Positions 58,686 to 64,000 of a stretch of 64,000 nt of DNA are shown here, one piece after another; the stretch's first letter is position 1, and the number at the start of each line of letters is the position of its first letter. The position numbers and the translations under genes were made by a program. This DNA comes from Bacillota bacterium. Lineage in GTDB: Bacteria; Bacillota; Ch66; Ch109. The DNA lies in NCBI GenBank assembly GCA_050952625.1, contig JBMNLH010000001.1:1-64000 (forward strand), given 5' to 3'. The notes below the pieces were generated by a model. That model saw nothing but the letters and a program-made list of their open reading frames with translations. It searched no databases and had not been told where the DNA came from.

Positions 58686-60215
58686 ATGAAGATGATTAAT
58701 AAACCGATAAGCGCGGTTTGGGAAATAACGATGGGCTGTAACATGCGGTGCAAGCACTGCGGCTCCAGCTGCCATGATGCTCTCCCTGGCGAGCTAAGCA
58801 CCGACGAAGCCCTCCAATTATGTGATGACCTCGGGGAACTTGGAGTCGAATGGGTCACCCTATCGGGTGGCGAGCCGACCACCCGCAAGGATTGGCATTT
58901 AATTGCCGAGCGGTTAACCCAAAACGGCGTGATTCCCAACCTGATTACGAACGGTTGGCTCTTTAACGAAGAGATTCTTGACAAAGCGGTTAAAGCGGGC
59001 GTGGGGACGATTGCCTTCAGCTTGGATGGCTTGCAAGAAAACCATGATTTCCTGCGCCGAGAAGGTTCATACCAGAGAATCATGCGGGCCATTGAGTTAT
59101 GCCGGCAGCGGAACCAGGCAGTAACTGCCATCACCACAATCAACAGGCTGAACCTGGGTGAGCTAAAGGAGATGAAACAAGAACTGGTCAGTCGGGGGGT
59201 CAAACAATGGCAGGTTCAGATGGGATTCCCCATGGGAAACATGGCTGATCACCGCAGTTTGGTCATTGGGCCCGCTGATGTCGATCTGGTAATTGATTTG
59301 GCTTACCAGTGCCTGCTGGATTCTTCGATCGAAGTGATGCTGGGTGACTGTATCGGCTACTATAACTTGAAAGAGATCGAAGTATTTAAAAAAAGGTGCG
59401 GGGGTACGTACCCCCGGCAGGGCTGCACGGCTGGCAAATACACTTTTGGCATTTTGCATAACGGTGACATATTGGGTTGCACTTCTATCCGGGATAAGGA
59501 GTTTATTGAAGGTAATATTCGAAATACCTCGCTAAAAGTAATCTGGGAAAACCCGAATAGCTTTGCCTGGAACCGCAACCTCAAGAAAGAGGATCTGACC
59601 GGTTTTTGCCAAAAATGTCGGTTCGGAGACCGTTGTCTGGGCGGGTGTTCAAACACAAAACTGACCACCGGGGGAAGCATCTACGCCGAAAACCAGTATT
59701 GTTCCTATAATTATGCTTACAAACAGAGAATCAAGCTGTTTGAAAAAAAACAATCGGTTGAGGAACTTTACGTCATGGCCCACAACTATGCACAAAAAGG
59801 CTACTGGCAATTGGCGGAATCTGCCCTGCAAGTTGCCCTGCGGCGGAATGGTGCAGACAATGACCTTGATCTATTAAACCTTTACGGATACGTTTGTTTT
59901 AGACTCGGCAATTATCGGGTTGCACTGGAAGCCAATGAAAAAGTGCTGCAAAGGGAGCCCGACGCTGTTTACGCCCTGAAAGGCAAGGGACTTTGCCTCC
60001 ATCGCCTGGGTCACTCAGAAGAGGGAATAGACCTCCTGAAAAAAGCAGTGTCTTTGACTGACGCCAGTTTTATGGATCCGTATTTAGATCTGGCAATTGT
60101 CCTGGCTGAAATTGGTCGTCAGGATGAAGCCATTTCGGTAATTGAAACGGGACGTCAAAAATCGGCGGAATTTATCGGGCAAAGTCAAGCCTTATATCAA
60201 CAATTACTAGGATAA
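58686..60215 (+). CDS. radical SAM/SPASM peptide maturase (PlpX splicease-like) with C-terminal TPRs
   Basis: AVWEITMGCNMRCKHCGS, ELST.E, GGEP..RKDW, WQVQ...PMG, IGYY, SPASM CTAG...GC...CxxC.....C...C; TPR tail. Confidence 0.85.
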   Translation: MKMINKPISAVWEITMGCNMRCKHCGSSCHDALPGELSTDEALQLCDDLGELGVEWVTLSGGEPTTRKDWHLIAERLTQNGVIPNLITNGWLFNEEILDKAVKAGVGTIAFSLDGLQENHDFLRREGSYQRIMRAIELCRQRNQAVTAITTINRLNLGELKEMKQELVSRGVKQWQVQMGFPMGNMADHRSLVIGPADVDLVIDLAYQCLLDSSIEVMLGDCIGYYNLKEIEVFKKRCGGTYPRQGCTAGKYTFGILHNGDILGCTSIRDKEFIEGNIRNTSLKVIWENPNSFAWNRNLKKEDLTGFCQKCRFGDRCLGGCSNTKLTTGGSIYAENQYCSYNYAYKQRIKLFEKKQSVEELYVMAHNYAQKGYWQLAESALQVALRRNGADNDLDLLNLYGYVCFRLGNYRVALEANEKVLQREPDAVYALKGKGLCLHRLGHSEEGIDLLKKAVSLTDASFMDPYLDLAIVLAEIGRQDEAISVIETGRQKSAEFIGQSQALYQQLLG

Positions 60216-60421
60216 ATGATAAATGAATCGTTGGTGAGAGTGGTCGTTGGTGATAGTTATTGACAGTGTGCTGTGAATGGCGATTGCTGACGTCCCACCA
60301 CTCACTAAGCGGCATTGAAACATAATTAATTTCCAGAGAGTTTGATTGATATCCAACAGATTATAAACAAGTAATATGTCAAGTTATATGTTAATTAATT
60401 AGACAAAAAAGGAGTGGAAGC

Positions 60422-61373
60422 GTGACAAAGACGCTGACTGTTCCTTTATACATAATAGAGGAGCATCATGAAGCTTTTTTTATATGGCATTATGGATATT
60501 TTAAGGGACTGATAAACCCTTTTGGCAATACAGTACTCCATGTTGATTCCCATGAGGACCTGGTTCTGCCCCGGCTGAATTCATCAATTGACGAATTGGC
60601 AGATGATCTGGGTAAAATATACGCCTATGGCTATCGAGGAACTCGGGATAGCCAGTTTTCTGATACCGTTAATTTACAAAGGCCTTATTAATAACTATAC
60701 TTTCTTGGGCCGGCATGATGGCTACAGCGGTCAGAGAAGCAACCGCTATGTGGCCTCTTACAAATCAGAAGGCAAGTTCTTTAAAACCGGACCGGTCAAT
60801 GATTTCTTGCGCTTACAATTGCAGTCAACGGAAAACCCGTGGGGCAACTATTCGTTTTTTAGTTATCAGGAAATTGGTTTAACCAGCAGGTTTGTCACGA
60901 GTCAGCCCTTAATCTTAGATATAGACTTGGATTATTTTTCTTGTGATAATTCCTTATCCTCTGCGCAACCAGAGATAGAGATTACTGAAGAGGCCTATTT
61001 ATCCTTTATCAATAACAGATATCATCCCTTTAGAATTATGCCGGTTGCTGCATTATCGACAAAAAAAGTAGCCGATCGCTATTATTTGCGCTATAATGAG
61101 TGGCAAGAACTACCTGATTTGAAAAAAGTTTCATTCGACGTGATTGACAGAAGGATTAATCGATTTATTAGCTTCTTGAAACAAAACAATGTCAAACCAA
61201 GATTGATCGATATATGCCGCTCTCGTCTTTCCGGGTACACTCCGATTGATCAATGGCAGTACATAGAAGATAGGCTAATTGCCGGCCTAAGTGAAATTTA
61301 CAACTTAGAAATCTGTCATATTAGTGAATTTGAAAAATCTTATGGAGGACAAGATGTTAGCAGCCATTACTGA
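60422..61373 (+). CDS. UPF0489-family protein (frameshift near 60635)
   Basis: IIEEHHEAF..W, HVDSHEDL, GIASFLIP, ILDIDLDYFSC, ICRSR.SGYTP across two frames. Confidence 0.7.
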
Positions 61374-62081
61374 ATTTATTGAACAGGGGGAACTGATTAC
61401 TCAATCGGACCGTAAGCGACATCAATATGTAATTAGGAGCCTTGATAAAAATGATTTAGCGGCAATAATGCAGTTGCAAACGAATGTTTTGTCAAGGATA
61501 GCTAAGAAAGAGTATTGTGTGCCTATTTTGGCGGAAGAAATTTTGTTTATGCTGGAAGGTAATGGGGATGCTGTCGGTTTATTTATGCAGGATAAGTTGT
61601 ATGCAGCTTGTTTTTTGTTGTTTAATGTTCCATACGAGATTAATATGGCTCGGGAGCTTAGTTTTTCGGATGAAGAATTAACCCTGGTGTCGCAGCTAGA
61701 ATTATCGTTGGTACATTTTGCCGTACGGGGGCATAGATTACAATGTAATTGGCCGGCATCTTGGTTCAGCGAGCCCAACAAAGGAAGAATTCCCGGTATG
61801 TATTCGCAACGGTTTCGCCTTATAATTACCCGAGTATTCAAACAGTGACAGCTTTAGGCTTGCAGATTGCGAAGTTAGGCAAAATGTATTATGGCTGGGA
61901 CCGCTATATTGTGTATAAAGATTTTAGACAACCGATAAGATTAGATACCGCTAATCCAATCAGCGTGCCCAATACGGCTTTTGATGAGCAACTCCAATTA
62001 TTAAATAAGGGTTATCGAGGCTTTTCCCAATTTAAGGACCAAGATGGTATTAAAATTATGTATGCTAAAATGATATCATAA
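61354..62081 (+). CDS. GNAT-fold protein (frameshift near 61747)
   Basis: LVH.AVRGHRLQ then ATVSPYNYPS...GL...KMYYGWDRY in the next frame. Confidence 0.7.
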
Positions 62082-62109
62082 ACAATGTCTTGGGTTAGGG
62101 GAGTTTATT

Positions 62110-63375
62110 ATGGCAGACTTCCAAAATAATAAGCAGAGGAAATTCATATTTCGCGCCGAACCAGGCTGTTTAAGGGTCTATAACTTAACAGATAATAAAG
62201 TCATTAAAATTAATGGACCTAATTTAGTTTTATTTGAACAATGGTTAAACAGTGGGGAAGATAACAACTTTATCACAACCCTCAAAGAAACCGGTTTACT
62301 TGATCTTAATCTGGCGGACCAGGAACGAGATGCTGTAAAGATATTGATTGATGAGTGTCGTCAGGTGGAAGCCCCTTTGCATGCTCTGCGGGCACCGGAG
62401 ATCATGAACATAGAGTTAACTTCCCGCTGTCCGTTAAGGTGTCCTCAGTGCTATTGCGATTTGGACCGAGGGAAGGATATCCCTAAGGAGGTTGCCCTAA
62501 AATACATCAAGCAAGCAGCCCGTTTAAAAATACCGTTTATCAACTTAAGCGGCGGGGAAACCCTGGTTTATCCTTTTTTAACTGATCTGTTAAGGGCTAT
62601 TCAGGCGGAAGGTTTGAACTCAGCGATTGCCATTAGCGGCTGGGGATTCGACTCTGCTAAACTTGAGGAATTAAAAGAGGCGGGCGTAGATGAGATCTAT
62701 GTCTCTTTAAATGGCTCAACACCAGAGGTGAACGCGAAATCTCGCGCTGGCTACGAATTGGCCATCAAGGCGCTTAAGATATTACAAGCTGACCAACAAG
62801 TGCCCTATTTTATTAACTGGGTGGCTCGCAATGACAATGTCGAGGATTTCCCCAACTTAGTCAACTTAGCGAAAGAGGCGGGAGTTAAAGGGATAGTGAT
62901 CTTAGAGTCAAAGCCAGATGCCGATTATGCTCTGCAAGCGGTTATCAGTAAAGAAAACTTTTTAAAACTCGCTCAGTACCTGAAGCAACACAAGCAGTCG
63001 GAATTACCGATCGCGGTTGAACCCTGCTTTTCGCCGCTGCGCGCGTATATTAATAACTACTACCTTTGGAATCGGAATACCGGGGTCAATAAAGGCTGTG
63101 GGGCTGGTCGCAACGCAATGGCCGTAGATGTGGACGGAAACTTAATCCCCTGTCGGCATTTATTATACCCTGAAAGATACGATACCATTGAAGATTACTG
63201 GTGGAACTCAACAGTACTGGATAAATTGCGGAGATATGAAGAAAACAAAGGTGAACCTTGTCGGAGCTGTTACTTAACGCAGAATTGCCTTTCGTGCCGC
63301 GCCGTAGCGGATAAGGTTGGCAAGAATCTTTTCAGTGGCAATAATTATTGTCCAGTGGGGGGCATCGAAAAATGA
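62110..63375 (+). CDS. radical SAM/SPASM maturase with N-terminal RRE-like extension
   Basis: CPLRCPQC, LSGGE, CGAG...G.LIPC...CRSC.....C..C. Confidence 0.85.
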   Translation: MADFQNNKQRKFIFRAEPGCLRVYNLTDNKVIKINGPNLVLFEQWLNSGEDNNFITTLKETGLLDLNLADQERDAVKILIDECRQVEAPLHALRAPEIMNIELTSRCPLRCPQCYCDLDRGKDIPKEVALKYIKQAARLKIPFINLSGGETLVYPFLTDLLRAIQAEGLNSAIAISGWGFDSAKLEELKEAGVDEIYVSLNGSTPEVNAKSRAGYELAIKALKILQADQQVPYFINWVARNDNVEDFPNLVNLAKEAGVKGIVILESKPDADYALQAVISKENFLKLAQYLKQHKQSELPIAVEPCFSPLRAYINNYYLWNRNTGVNKGCGAGRNAMAVDVDGNLIPCRHLLYPERYDTIEDYWWNSTVLDKLRRYEENKGEPCRSCYLTQNCLSCRAVADKVGKNLFSGNNYCPVGGIEK

Positions 63376-64000
63376 GAAAACTAATCCCGATTATCGCGCT
63401 GCTTACCTGTTTATTTTTAATCACCACCATGCCTGGTTTTGCCGTTGGGGATAACCAAACCAGAGTAGCAAGTGATAATTCGCCCGCTGCCAAAGCAGAC
63501 GGCACAAAGTGGCGGATCGGTTATTGTGAGAGCGAATCATTTATTACCTATACGCGAACCTTGGCGGCTCTGGTCAAAGGCCTCCAGGAAATCGGCTGGA
63601 TTAATAATTTAGAAGGGTTTGACCAGGTAGCGGCTAGCGATGATAGCCGGCGCATCTGGCAGTGGTTGGCCTCAAGAGAGGTTAGTCCTTATATTGAATT
63701 TGTTGATGATGCTTTCTATAATCTTCGTGATCCGGACTTTGAGGAGGCCGCGGTTATTACGCGACTTAAGAGTAATCGGGATATTGATCTCATGTTGGTG
63801 ATGGGAGCCGCTGCCGGGATTCTATTAAGCAACTCAGAGCACGAGACCAATATTTTTATTTTTGCCGCCTCGAACGCTGTTCGCTCGGGTATTATTGAAT
63901 CGGTTGAGGATTCAGGCAAAGATCATGTCTGGGCCCACATGGATGAGCAGCGCTTTGTCCGGCAAACGAGGGCGTTTTATGACATTGTGCAGTTCAAAAA
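63372..64000 (+). CDS. ABC transporter substrate-binding protein (3' truncated by window)
   Basis: Signal peptide MRKLIPIIALLTCLFLITTMPGFA; KWRIGYCES; frame open to window end. Confidence 0.7.
   Translation, partial: MRKLIPIIALLTCLFLITTMPGFAVGDNQTRVASDNSPAAKADGTKWRIGYCESESFITYTRTLAALVKGLQEIGWINNLEGFDQVAASDDSRRIWQWLASREVSPYIEFVDDAFYNLRDPDFEEAAVITRLKSNRDIDLMLVMGAAAGILLSNSEHETNIFIFAASNAVRSGIIESVEDSGKDHVWAHMDEQRFVRQTRAFYDIVQFK

Noticed and set aside
45523-59831. Many short antisense or alternate-frame ORFs inside large genes (also 564-827, 6800-6994, 14168-14389 and similar)
   Set aside because: Fully overlap well-supported CDSs and have no motifs
63716-63919. 67 aa minus-strand ORF
   Set aside because: Overlaps the + strand substrate-binding protein running off the window end

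Overview
Bacillota (spore-forming, Clostridia-like) chromosome in two parts. (1) 1-~41.5 kb is an AT-rich Tn7-like element: the 3' end of tnsC and tniQ/tnsD, then cargo, ending in a cluster of TGT/ACA ends with TnsB-type sites (38454-41511), including an ACA-5bp-TGT junction and ~460 bp mini-elements, just upstream of cwlD. The cargo holds a plasmid-like backbone (primase-helicase with an internal 16-bp inverted repeat, parMR, small tyrosine recombinase, XRE repressor), an 8-9 gene BREX-like operon mixing type-3 (BrxF, DUF6079-like BrxC) and type-2/6 (BrxD, BrxHI) parts, a CBASS pair (SMODS cyclase + 4TM effector) and further candidate defence genes. (2) 41.5-64 kb is higher-GC host DNA: cwlD, a miniature IS200/IS605 remnant and a large Nif11/NHLP RiPP cluster (C39 ABC exporter trio, ECF sigma, an anti-sigma-like protein ending in a double-glycine leader motif, four precursor genes, a splicease-like and a second radical SAM/SPASM enzyme, other tailoring genes). 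Family calls come from motifs recognised by eye; no searches were run.
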